DNA of 64,000 bases from Octopus bimaculoides (GCF_001194135.2 NC_068991.1:26907014-26971013); one strand, 5' to 3'; counted from the first letter of the stretch, positions 1-12,836 are shown. The notes: generated by a model from the sequence alone, not told the origin. Translations and numbers: made by a program.

Positions 1-459
1 TTCATACGACAGAGCAATGTCAACATATATCACTTTTAACCCATAATACAATTCAGTGAACGTGGAAAAAGCAATCCGTATGAAAGCAGAGATAAACGAG
101 GTAAGATGGATTTATTTGATCAAGGGATAAAGGCAAAAGTTGCACAAGACTAAGGTAGACAGTTAGTTATTAGAAATCTCTAGCAAGAAATAGATTACCT
201 GAATAATACATTGAATAATGAAATAAAGTATAGAATTACTTGTGGTGATCATGAGATTAGTTTCTCGAAGCAATTACAAAGCAGGATAAGTATATCATAT
301 AACATTATATAATCATGTATTTTACTGGTGTTTTTCACTAATGTAATGAAAGTGATGGTGTGATAAAAGAATGGTTTCAGAGAACTGATTGGAAAATGTG
401 TAATATATTTTTATTTTCTTACATGTATTGAAAAAAAAGAGATTCTACCTCTGTGTGAG

Positions 460-507
<48 letters not shown>

Positions 508-602
508 NNNNNNNNNNNNNNNNNNNNNNNNNNNNNNNNNNNNNNNNNNNNNNNNNNNNNNNNNNNNNNNNNNNNNNNNNNNNNNNNNNNNNNNNNNNNN
601 NN

Positions 603-635
<33 letters not shown>

Positions 636-2002
636 ACACACACATACACACACATATATATATATATATATATAATGTATGTATACACTGGTTGGAAAAA
701 ATGAGGGAAAGACCACTTCATATCAAACTATATATATATTAGCGATATGACAAATCAAGATCTGTTCTTGTTTGTATATGTGTTCATATGTATTATGTAT
801 GCCTACTACTTAATAATATAGCCTTTTTTTCTTCTCTGGCATATATGTCTTAAATAAGTAAAAATTCATGACGTAAAGGGTACAAATTATTGGGCTACAG
901 ATTTATATCACTAAATCGCTTAACTGTTTAATGTTTCCAAGAATCTGCAAAATGCTACTGGAATTTCAAAACGATGGTAAATCTAGCCCTGGAGGGTATA
1001 ATTCTGAGTGGGAGGCAAACCTCACAGAGAGGGACCACAGAATAATGTAACGCACTGTATAAAAGCTATCTATTTACAGTGACAAATGTAACAGTAGAGA
1101 TTAATCCACCACCTAGTGAATCCTGCATCCACCGAAATTGTTTGTCGTGCACTCCCCAAAGCTTAATGCCATAAAAAAGCTATAATTTTTAATACTCGTC
1201 GGTATTGACAAGCAGAATATTGGTGTAAAGACTATTAAGAAGTGGTAAACGAAAGAGACATTTTCTTTGATAAATCTTTATTCACCGTTTTCCCTAAATA
1301 GGGCGAGTTTATGTTTTGAGATAGTCCTACAAATCTTTAACAATGACTCTTTCGCCCTTACCTTGACACATGGCAACGACTTTGTACTGATTTGAGCAGG
1401 CGTATTCGGAATTATTGTAGCCATTAATTAGTTCTATATATCAGAGTTAACGCCAAGTATAATCTGAATATTTCAGTGAATTCTGTTCATGCTGTTGTAC
1501 AAATATAGTTGCCTGAGTGTAACGCAATTTGCCTCGATAGCAATGTGCCGACTTAGACGGCAGTTATTATCCAAAATTGATACAAGTTACATGAAAGTAA
1601 ATTAAACCATTTCTCCCTGCTATTTTCACTGAAAGAGCTAAAGCAGGTTTTATTTGCAGAATGGCTCAAGATTTCCCTAACCACTGTTCAGAACATGATC
1701 GGTTGTTTGAGAACAAATCAAAGTTAAGAATATTCTAGGAAAACTCATGCTCCAAACAAATTTTACAATACCAACATAGGCAGCTCTATTATACCCGAAA
1801 CAATCTGTGAAAATGTCTTAAATTTTGTAATCCTACTCGGTTAGTTATTTAAAGCTAAAAATTCTATTTCAAATGGAAACATATATTTGTGCATATAGAC
1901 ATTGTTTCATGGAAGGTATTTGGAGAGAAAGTGAAAGTGTAATCACTCGTTTCCCGTATCTCAGTATTATTCGATCAAATTATCTTTTCTCTGTTTTCAC
2001 AG

Positions 2003-2073
2003 TTTCTCACTTTGTCCTTGAATCCAGTGCGTATATGACTGTGGAAGTAGGCATTGACATGACATGTGCCCAA
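2003..2073 (+). CDS. Candidate internal coding exon, unknown protein ((V)SHFVLESSAYMTVEVGIDMTCAQ)
   Basis: Strong acceptor tcttttctctgttttcacAG, donor CAA|GTATGT, open frame (phase 1 in, phase 0 out). No homology recognised. Confidence 0.25.
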
Positions 2074-2357
2074 GTATGTATTTCAGATTTCATGTGGAGC
2101 GTAATCCTACACTACATATCTATAGTTTTTACATAAGTATATTTCTGTACAGCTGGGCTGAGGGAATCTGTATACATACTGGAAGGTACTCAGACATTTC
2201 TCAAACGTACGCTCAAATATTTCTCAGACATTTCTCATGGCACCACTACAGTCGTTCGTGCATTTCTACTGCTTTTAGTTTTTTTCCTGTTTTTCAGCTA
2301 CTATTTACTGAAAGATATTTTTGTCCTACTCCAATTTCTTCATTTTTCACATTTTTC

Positions 2358-2720
2358 CCTAACTCTAACCCTAAAATCCCAGCCCTAACCTAACCCTAAA
2401 ACCCCTACCCTAAACCTAAAATCCTAACACTAACTATAAAACCCTAACCCTAATACTAAACCCTAACCCTAATACTAAACCCTAACCCTAACCCTAAAAT
2501 CCTAATCCTACCCCTAATTTTAAAACCCTAACCCCAACCCTAACCTAACCCTAAAGCCCTAACCCTAACACTAACTCTAAAACATTATCCCTAACCCTAA
2601 AACCCTAACCCTGACCCTAAAACTCTAACCCTAACTCTAAAACCCGAACCCTAACCCTAACCCTAAAACCCTGACCCTGACCCTAAAACCCTAACCTCAA
2701 CCCTAAAACCCTAACTCTAA
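2358..2720 (+). repeat. Interstitial degenerate telomere-like array, (CCCTAA)n with CCCTAAAA/CCCTGA/CTCTAA variants
   Basis: About 360 bp of CCCTAA-derived units read directly, with unique sequence on both sides. A 27-bp inverted repeat flanks it (2252-2278 / 2717-2743). Confidence 0.9.
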
Positions 2721-3186
2721 AACCAGTACAAACGCACGAACGATTTCATAAATAACAGTGACAAACGAAATATACACCGTCGATAGCTGTTGATAAACAA
2801 CGGAAGTAATTTTATTCAGCTGAATACACGTCACTGATTGGTTGAAATTACCTAAATACGACAACTTTAACACGAAATAACTTTGAAAATATAAACGTTT
2901 CTCAACAACAGTAAGAGTAAGAGATGTTTTATATGACACAGTCTACCAGTGTCCGAAGTTTGAAAGTGTTTAGTTACAAAAAATTAATTTTTCGATGTGC
3001 CGTTCAAAGGGAAATTATCCCCCATGATCTGTTTGAGGATACATCTGTTTGTAAAAACCAGTTTGTAGAAAATGTTTGTAGACTAAGTAGATGTTATAGT
3101 TTATTTCCTAAACCATACTCTCCGAGCTTAATTTGCATATATATATTTTTTTTTTTTTTTTTTTTTTTAGTATCTGTATGCTGAAA

Positions 3187-3396
3187 GGCGGCAAGCAGGC
3201 AAAATTGTTAGCTCGTTAGGCAAAATGTTTATTTCGCTCACCTTTAAGTACTGAGTTCAAATCACCCCCAGGTCAACTTTAATTTTCAGTACCAATTTTT
3301 GACTTTAAGTACTGGTTGAGCACAGGAATCGAAGTAATCGATTTACCCCACTATCCCTGAACTTGCTTGCCTTGCGCCAAAATTTGAAACCAATAT
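3187..3396 (+). mobile_element. tRNA-derived SINE, family A
   Basis: GGCGGCAAGCAGGCAAAATTGTTAGC head, B-box-like GAGTTCAAATC and AAAATTTGAAACCAATA end, shared with more than 10 other copies in the window. Confidence 0.8.
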
Positions 3397-5656
3397 TTAT
3401 CATACACGACCATTGAATATATGTTAATTTGAAATGTGCAGGTTTCAAGATTATTTGCTCCGGTTGTGTTTTAATATCGACACTTCAATATGTATATAGT
3501 CTACGTACAATCCCTTCTCTCTCCATGCATATATCGACAAAGGAGTTAAGACCTTCTTAACATCTGATGGCAAATATGCATCTCTAGGTGTCTTTTGCAC
3601 ATACTGTTCTAGTTTAATGTACTCTTTTGCGTCTCTCTTGAGATGTAATCTCGTCGACAACTGATTAAAATGCAGTGATATATGAATTTTTAATAACACA
3701 GTGAAATTATCTTACATTAATCTCTATTTACAACTGCTTTACTAAAATAATTTATTTCAATCCTGTAGTTTTGCTTAGCTCTGCAATATTTGTTTGGTAA
3801 TCTGTCTGGTTTTGTCAGCTTTACGAACCGCACATGATGTTTCTGACATTCCTTGCGCTGATTTAACTCGGCTTGGAGTCCTTTGCTTTCTTTACTGAGT
3901 TGTATAATTGTACTTATGATCGGGTAGCATATTTGTGTCTTATTAACTATTGGAAGTATTTGAACATTTCCATTATTATTTTCTTTCTTATTACTGAAAG
4001 GCAGGTTAGAGTAGAACATGTTACGCTATCTCTCAAGCGAATTTATTGTAATAGATGAGAGATATATTAAATTTGATTCTGTTCGATATGTTGAAAAGTT
4101 ATCTACTTATATTGGGAAAATATGAACAAGTAATTGTTAGTACCATATATTTTCCCCAATCTCCACATCTGTTGTCCGGTACATATAATACAAATTACTA
4201 TATTAGAACTTTCCCGAGTTCAAATGACACTGGCGTTAACTTTGCCTTTCATCATTCAGATACTTATAAAGTGTATTACGGAAATACAAAGGGACGATTT
4301 TTCACTCACTGTTCACATTTTTATATAAAATGTGGCCTTGTGCTTATGTAAGAAATTATCGTTATTAATATTGCAGAAACTTTCGTATGTATATCACGTG
4401 AAAGAAACTGAAAAACGAACAAGAAATATTTTTCTAATAGCCAAAACTTTAAAGGCGTAATCGCATATTCATTAAATTGAATATTTTTCTATATTCAGTT
4501 TTAAACATGCCTGTCACATTCTTTTTTTATTTGTGGGCTTATTATGTGCGTATTTCTACGTGCGCATATACCTGTATATATGTATACATGGATTCATATA
4601 TAAGGGTGTTTGTGAATGTGTATAAATGTGTGTGTGTGTGGAGAGGAGGGCTGCTTTTACACGTGTTTTAGGTTTCGAATTCGTTGCATGTTCATGAATA
4701 TTTACTTCCATATTTCAGTTTTCAACTGCAATGTTCGTAGAATATCTATTGTATCTGATAGCATCATAAGAAATATTTCACTTTCATAAATAAGAACTAT
4801 ATTTTAAACATATATGATTTTATTCATTCTCTGGAACGCCGACTACTCTTCAATTTAGTCCAGAAATAACAATAAAACGTATTCTCCTTTAATCTTGATT
4901 TCCCAGATATATATTTTAGAAATCAATTAGAATGATCGAGTGTTTACATGCCAGCCTTCAAAAGAATTCTGAGAGAAGCACTCTACATCGCAAAAAAAAA
5001 GTTAAAAAACATGTTTATACATGATCTTTTACGTTTTCACATTTATGAGTTCAAATTATGCTTCAGTCTCACAAATGATATTCCGATGTCTGGTAAGATA
5101 AATGTCAGTGATAAATATTATATTCTTGTTTGACATGAGCTAAAACTTTAGGTTAAATTACGATTGCGATATATTTCAACTTCTAAAGGTAAATTCACTG
5201 CAGTTACCGTGGAGAAGACATTCTCTCTTATGTTAAGAGGTATGGAAATACTTTATCTGTCACGTGTTGCCGTCTATCAGATTTTCAGATGCTTCGTTTC
5301 TGGCTCTTTAGTCTACATCAATGGGAAATACGGAAGGAAGGTAATTCTAAGCAGATGTAAAGCCGTAGCTTTAACTAAAAGTAGCCAACAATATTGACTG
5401 AGTTGCGCTGTTGGGCTGCTCGATTGAGAGAAATTCAGTATGGTATATAGATCTGTACGTACATCTATATAGTCTCCCGATAAAATTAGCTCCTGTGTTT
5501 AACCGAACATATCTTTCCTGGTGGTTTAGAAAACAGGAGTAACACTAGTGTGGCCCTCCTATGTTTATTCGGTTTCATTATATAAAACCTCCCTCCCTTT
5601 CTCTCTAACACATGTGCTTGTGTGTCTGTTTCCGGGGCATCAGTGTGTGTTTGTGT

Positions 5657-6044
5657 GGAGGCGCAATGGCCCAGTGGTTAGAACAGCGAACTCGCGGTCA
5701 TAGGATCGCGGTTTCGATTCCAAGACCGGGCGTTGTGAGTGTTTATTGAGCGAAACCACCTAAAGCTCCACGAGGCTCCGGCAGGGGATGGTGGCGAACC
5801 CTGCTGTACTCTTCTACCACAACTTTCTCTCACTCTTACTTCCTGTTTCTGCTGTGCCTGTAATTCAGAGGGTCAGCCTTGTCACACTGTGTCACGATGA
5901 ATATCCCCGAGAACTACGTTAAGGGTACACCTCTCTGTGGAGTACTCAGCCACTTGCACGTTAATTTCACGAGCAGGCTGTTCCGTTGATCAGATGAACT
6001 GGAACCCTCGATGTCGTAAGCGACGGAGTGCCAACAACAAACAA
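5657..6044 (+). mobile_element. tRNA-derived SINE, family B, near full length
   Basis: A box TGGCCCAGTGGTT, B box GTTTCGATTCC, (CAA)n-like tail. The 3' half matches 10850-11048. Confidence 0.85.
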
Positions 6045-6792
6045 TGTGTGTTTGTATGTGCATGCGAATTTTGCATTGAACATTGTATTAATTCAGTTTT
6101 AGGCGCTGCATTGGAATTATATTCTATACAAATAATGTGAAGACGTCTTAAATAATACATAGATGTGAAGACATAAACGGAATATAAAAAGCTAAGTAGC
6201 AACACATGTGCACTTAGATTAAAACTAGAATAGAACATTTATTTGTGGCACCTTCCCTCCTTTTTTGCGATATTACTGACAGTTTTGCCATTATTGTACT
6301 ATATTGGTTCATCTAATTTTCTTACCATTTGGTGCTATGCTAGTTATAGCTGATGATCGCAGACGCGGCGAAATCACGTGATACTGTAATGTCATCCACT
6401 GGTGCAGACGATCACTACATCAACCTATGTTATCGGTATTTAATTTGCGCGTATCCTCTGCATGAGATGGTATCTCTGGACGTGGGCAGAGGTTTAAGTT
6501 GCTCTGAACAACACATCCAATTTAGGATGGGTGTGGTAATTATTATTTTTTTTTTTTTTTTGCAAACACTTTTCTTGTCGCTAATTGGTGAATTCCAAAA
6601 TGTAGGGTGCGAATTTCAGTCAGGGTAAGAAATTATTCCTGACTTGTTAGCACACAATATGCTTCACGAGACATGGTCAAATAGTAATGAAACATTCTCC
6701 ATCTAAATAGAAATATCATTTGTGATTGACGAATATGTCCACCCAGCACAACTATAATTTATTTCTTATTGATACTTTAATTCTCTGTTTAA

Positions 6793-7086
6793 GGCGGTGG
6801 GCTGAGAGATTCGTTATAACGTAGGGCGTAATGCTTATTGTCATTTCGTCCGTATTTACGTGCTGGGTTCAAATGTTGCCTGGTCGACATTTCCTTTCAC
6901 CCCTATCGGAGATTGTTATTTTACCAGTTGGGCATCGGTGTCGATAATAACCAGTTGAGCGTCAGCGTCGATAACAATCAGTTGAACATCGGGGTCGATA
7001 GCAACTGATTCAGCATTGAGGTCAATTTAATCGTTTTAGCCCTTCTCCACAAATTGTTGGCCTTGTTCTAAAATTTGAAACTAATA
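6793..7086 (+). mobile_element. SINE family A with an internal 27-bp unit amplified about 4 times
   Basis: Family A head and tail; units start at 6923, 6950, 6977 and 7004. Confidence 0.75.
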
Positions 7087-8443
7087 GCTTTATTCTCCTT
7101 ATTAAATATTACAACAAACTTATTACACTTCAGATTTCAAATTTCGATCGTTAATCGTCATTTTCGGCGAAAAGCAAGATAAATATTGACTCGTTAAAGA
7201 AAATTTCATATCGACCACCGAATAAATTAAATATCAGTAACACATACATATATATATTATACTGAAACACATACATAACTTCACCACGACAAGGCACGGA
7301 GTTGGTAGGGCGATGGATTGTAAGTCTTCTAATATTTAATTTCATCTGTTTATAATTGCAGTTCAGATATTAATATACCACCAATAATTTACGTGTCGTT
7401 CTAGATTATTTGAACTGCCTCTGTTCAACAAATTCTGAAATAATTTTTGCTATAAATATATATTATTCACTAAAAAAATATTATATGATTTCGTAAAAAT
7501 TATGAAATTTAATTTTAAAACTATGATATTAATATTCATACATTGCATAATCATTGAAAATTTATAGAAGAAATAAGCAGAAATATAAACGAAATATTTA
7601 ATTGTTTCTCACTTTATAACCAAGATTTCTCCTTAAGTTAACGAAACTTCAAGCGTAGCAATTATTGATCGCTTTGATATATCAACGATTGATTCGTTTT
7701 CAGTATTTTTTTTTTATCTGCTTCAATACAGTCAGAGTTATTGTTTCCTAAATGATATTACTATTTTATCACAAGCAATAACTTTCATTCACAAATAATG
7801 AAAAATATGATTTCACATCCTATATACAACCGAAGCGAAATGTTTTTTTTTAATATTTCTCACTATTACATCATCTAACTGTTGAAACAAATCAGTCGCT
7901 ATATATAATTAAATGCAACTCTTTTAAAGAGATGAAACCGAAACATCAATAGATGATCAGGAATTATCTTGTTTAAATACATAGGGTTAATGAAAACACG
8001 AGCAGACATTAAATTTTAAGAGGTAATAGAAAGTTATATATTGCGTTGAGTCATGATTAAACAACGTCAACCGTAATCTGTTCAGCAGTACAGATAGATA
8101 TACTTCTCCACACAAGAGCAACATTTCGAGGCAACATTTGCAAACGTTTTGTATGCACAGGCCTAAATGATTCTAGAAGTTAAAATAATAAATATGCAGT
8201 TGTTTTTACTCACACAAATTTATCTCTAAATTATATTATAAGTTATTAGAATTTATTGAAAATTTGTAACTCAAAATATGGAGCATAGAATTATGTGGTG
8301 ATTTATCTGATTTTAAGGACGGAACTCAAGTTTGGCCATAGTGAAATTTGAATTAAAATCATAAATACTTATTACTACATGCAAAAAGACTTAATTCTTC
8401 GCCTTACCAACTCCGTCTTCTACCCCTTTAGAATTATTTCTCT

Positions 8444-8631
8444 TCTAGGCACAAAGCCTTGAAAATATGTCCGGAAGGGGGATAGTCGATAACATCGATT
8501 CCAGTGCGTAACTAATATTTATTTTAACGACAACGAAAGGATCGGCGGAATTTGAACTCAGAACGTAGCGGCAGACGAAATACAGCTAGGCATTTCACCC
8601 GGTCTGCTAACGGTTCTGCCAGCTCGCCGCC
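8444..8631 (-). mobile_element. SINE family A
   Basis: Reverse complement of the family A head (TTCTGCCAGCTCGCCGCC) and B box (AATTTGAACTCAGAACG). Confidence 0.85.
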
Positions 8632-10700
8632 CTTCTACCGCTTCAGAATTGATATTTACTGCAAGCAGAAGTGGATACCAGTATGCATCCACTTCTGGTT
8701 GCATATCCTTGATTTTACACGTTCCATCTGCCAACATTTCAACTCCTATGTACTTCAGAGCCAAAGAAATATCTCTAGGTTTTCTGTACCTTTTACTCAT
8801 CATGCAAGTTAGTCCTGTAAAATATGTTTCTACACGAATATTCGTCTTCTGAATATTTTCACTTTACGTTACTTTCTCTATGTGTATATTCCTATATATA
8901 TTTATATATGTAAACATGTATGTATGTATGTATGTATATATATATATAAATANNNNNNNNNNNNNNNNNNNNNNNNNNNNNNNNNNNNNNNNNNNNNNNN
9001 NNNNNNNNNNNNNNNNNNNNNNNNNNNNNNNNNNNNNNNNNNNNNNNNNNNNNNNNNNNNNNNNNNNNNNNNNNNNNNNNNNNNNNNNNNNNNNNNNNNN
9101 NNNNNNNNNNNNNNNNNNNNNNNNNNNNNNNNNNNNNNNNNNNNNNNNNNNNNNNNNNNNNNNNNNNNNNNNNNNNNNNNNNNNNNNNNNNNNNNNNNNN
9201 NNNNNNNNNNNNNNNNNNNNNNNNNNNNNNNNNNNNNNNNNNNNNNNNNNNNNNNNNNNNNNNNNNNNNNNNNNNNNNNNNNNNNNNNNNNNNNNNNNNN
9301 NNNNNNNNNNNNNNNNNNNNNNNNNNNNNNNNNNNNNNNNNNNNNNNNNNNNNNNNNNNNNNNNNNNNNNNNNNNNNNNNNNNNNNNNNNNNNNNNNNNN
9401 NNNNNNNNNNNNNNNNNNNNNNNNNNNNNNNNNNNNNNNNNNNNNNNNNNNNNNNNNNNNNNNNNNNNNNNNNNNNNNNNNNNNNNNNNNNNNNNNNNNN
9501 NNNNNNNNNNNNNNNNNNNNNNNNNNNNNNNNNNNNNNNNNNNNNNNNNNNNNNNNNNNNNNNNNNNNNNNNNNNNNNNNNNNNNNNNNNNNNNNNNNNN
9601 NNNNNNNNNNNNNNNNNNNNNNNNNNNNNNNNNNNNNNNNNNNNNNNNNNNNNNNNNNNNNNNNNNNNNNNNNNNNNNNNNNNNNNNNNNNNNNNNNNNN
9701 NNNNNNNNNNNNNNNNNNNNNNNNNNNNNNNNNNNNNNNNNNNNNNNNNNNNNNNNNNNNNNNNNNNNNNNNNNNNNNNNNNNNNNNNNNNNNNNNNNNN
9801 NNNNNNNNNNNNNNNNNNNNNNNNNNNNNNNNNNNNNNNNNNNNATATATGCGGTTAAAATGGCAACGGGGAACTCGTCGGGTTTTTAGACAGTTTAGAG
9901 TTGGGTGTTTGAATGTGTGTATGTGTTTTTCTCTCTCTCTCTGTGCTTGTGTGTGACGCTACTGTGTGCACGTTTTTGTGTTTACGCGTGAATATTGTCT
10001 GTCTTTATGCGTGTTTGTGAGTGCGCGTCGCTGCTCGCAGTCGGTTGCTCGCAGTCGGTGCGTGTGTATGGTGTTTTAGATAATTTGTGCCTGAAGTTAA
10101 TGTGTATGTTCCGTGTTTGTGCGTATACATATGTGTGTGAGTGAGCGTGTATGTGTGTGTGTCTGTTTGTCTATGTGTGTCTGTGTGTGCGAATGCGTGT
10201 GCGTGCGTTTATATGTGAATGCATGAACCTTATATTTAGACACATATAGTATACCAATGTACTCATCTAACCTAATTGATGCATATAAACACACACATGC
10301 ACACACACACACATACACACTCATATATATANNNNNNNNNNNNNNNNNNNNNNNNNNNNNNNNNNNNNNNNNNNNNNNNNNNNNNNNNNNNNNNNNNNNN
10401 NNNNNNNNNNNNNNNNNNNNNNNNNNNNNNNNNNNNNNNNNNNNNNNNNNNNNNNNNNNNNNNNNNNNNNNNNNNNNNNNNNNNNNNNNNNNNNNNNNNN
10501 NNNNNNNNNNNNNNNNNNNNNNNNNNNNNNNNNNNNNNNNNNNNNNNNNNNNNNNNNNNNNNNNNNNNNNNNNNNNNNNNNNNNNNNNNNNNNNNNNNNN
10601 NNNNNNNNNNNNNNNNNNNNNNNNNNNNNNNNNNNNNNNNNNNNNNNNNNNNNNNNNNNNNNNNNNNNNNNNNNNNNNNNNNNNNNNNNNNNNNNNNNTA

Positions 10701-10846
10701 GTGCGCAACTGGTACTTAATTTATCGACCTCGAAAGGATGAAAGGCAAAGTCGACCTCGGCGGAATTTGAACTCAGAACGTAATGGCAGACAAAACACCG
10801 CTAAGCATTTCGCCCGGCGTGCTAACGTTTCTGCCAGCTAACCGCC
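10701..10846 (-). mobile_element. SINE family A (3' end lost in gap)
   Basis: TTTATCGACCTCGAAAGGATGAAAGGCAAAGTCGACCTCGGCGGAATTTGAACTCAGAACG matches the family core. Confidence 0.85.
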
Positions 10847-10849
10847 TTT

Positions 10850-11048
10850 CTTCCTGTTTATGTTGTACCTGCAATTCAAGCGGGCAAGCCTTGTCACACT
10901 CTGTGTCATGCTGAATCTCCCTGAGATCTACGTTAAGCGTACAAGTGTCTGTGGAGTGCTGAGTCACTCGCACCTTAGTTTCCCGAGCAGGCTGTTCCCT
11001 TGATCGGATCAACTGGAGCCCTCGTCGTCGTAACCGACGTAGTGCCAC
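10850..11048 (+). mobile_element. SINE family B, 5'-truncated
   Basis: Colinear with about 5840-6032 (AGCCTTGTCACAC...CGAGCAGGCTGTTCC...GTGCCA). Confidence 0.85.
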
Positions 11049-11050
11049 GA

Positions 11051-11100
<50 letters not shown>

Positions 11101-12577
11101 NNNNNNNNNNTGTATATATATATATATTGGTGGGCTTTCGCGTAGTGTATGGAGGTAGCAAATAATGGCAGTTATAAAGTATCTTCATGCTTCGAAATAT
11201 AATACCTGAAAGATTTTCAATTACATTTCAAAGAATTGTATTTTACTTTTTATATATGCAGTAACTTAAGATATTTATTCCAAATTCTATTTATAACCTA
11301 ATTCCGTTCCATCTCCGTTCTGATTAGCTGTATCTTTTCTTCTGTAAAATCGATAAATTTATTTGCATTAATCTTACTACCATCTTCATAAATATGCCAT
11401 TACACAGATATATACATATTTGCTTTAACAGTTTAAATTTGCAATACCAGAAATAAATATAGTAGACACGAGATTGTAAGTTTATTTTTCTGTATTAGTG
11501 TCTGTTTAACCCATCTTGCACTCTTTCAATGTGTGTACGCAGGACATGAGATAACGGAGAAACAGGACACGAGATAAAACTAAATGTGCATGCAAGAACT
11601 ATCCCACTAAATCCATGATACGAAACCAATGCCTGTCAAAATACGCATTATATTACTTCAAATACCTGACAACTTGATATAATTGGATCTCTGTATCAGT
11701 GAGCCACATTAACAGTACAACTGACTTCCTACTTGTCATACGTATTTTCCTTTAAAGATTACTATAATTGTACAACGATTGGACTCCTATACTGGCTTTA
11801 CATAAATAAATTCGACTCACTGACGCGTTGCATCCCGGTATATCGGCCTTCCAGCAGGTTAAGTCTCCCAACAGTGGTTCCTAACCCTTTTATTTAAATG
11901 AGTTTTCCCACGGTCACCTTTTATTATACCCATTCCTATACCTACATACATACATGCATACATACATACATATATATATATNNNNNNNNNNNNNNNNNNN
12001 NNNNNNNNNNNNNNNNNNNNNNNNNNNNNNNNNNNNNNNNNNNNNNNNNNNNNNNNNNNNNNNNNNNNNNNNNNNNNNNNNNNNNNNNNNNNNNNNNNNN
12101 NNNNNNNNNNNNNNNNNNNNNNNNNNNNNNNNNNNNNNNNNNNNNNNNNNNNNNNNNNNNNNNNNNNNNNNNNNNNNNNNNNNNNNNNNNNNNNNNNNNN
12201 NNNNNNNNNNNNNNNNNNNNNNNNNNNNNNNNNNNNNNNNNNNNNNNNNNNNNNNNNNNNNNNNNNNNNNNNNNNNNNNNNNNNNNNNNNNNNNNNNNNN
12301 NNNNNNNNNNNNNNNNNNNNNNNNNNNNNNNNNNNNNNNNNNNNNNNNNNNNNNNNNNNNNNNNNNNNNNNNNNNNNNNNNNNNNNNNNNNNNNNNNNNN
12401 NNNNNNNNNNNNNNNNNNNNNNNNNNNNNNNNNNNNNNNNNNNNNNNNNNNNNNNNNNNNNNNNNNNNNNNNNNNNNNNNNNNNNNNNNNNNNNNNNNNN
12501 NNNNNNNNNNNNNNNNNNNNNNNNNNNNNNNNNNNNNNNNNNNNNNNNNNNNNNNNNNNNNNNNNNNNNNNNNNNNN

Positions 12578-12614
<37 letters not shown>

Positions 12615-12615
<1 letters not shown>

Positions 12616-12800
12616 GGAGAATTCACGAAAAAGCAACAGACGAAGGCAGGTGGTGTAAACAAGAAATGGATGTATTAGTATAACGCTCGGGAATAGAGAA
12701 TGTCTTTAACGTTTCGAGCCTACGCTCTTCAACAGAAAGGAACACAGACAGGAACAAGGAGAGAAAAATATATGTGTAGTGGTCAGCGATCTATCATGGC

Positions 12801-12802
<2 letters not shown>
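12615..12802 (-). mobile_element. Short (TA)n-embedded repeat with a minimal hammerhead-like motif (Penelope-like-element-type terminus)
   Basis: Flanked by (TA)n on both sides and homologous to 63860-64000. The minus strand at 12704-12739 reads CUUU CUGUUGA A GAGC GUAG GCUC GAAA CG UU AAAG. Confidence 0.55.

Positions 12803-12836
<34 letters not shown>

Noticed and set aside
2358-2720. True telomere or chromosome end
   Set aside because: The array is degenerate, short and flanked by unique sequence on both sides.
5657-5735. tRNA gene
   Set aside because: A and B boxes are present, but the sequence continues into a SINE body and no convincing cloverleaf was found. The same applies to the other SINE heads.
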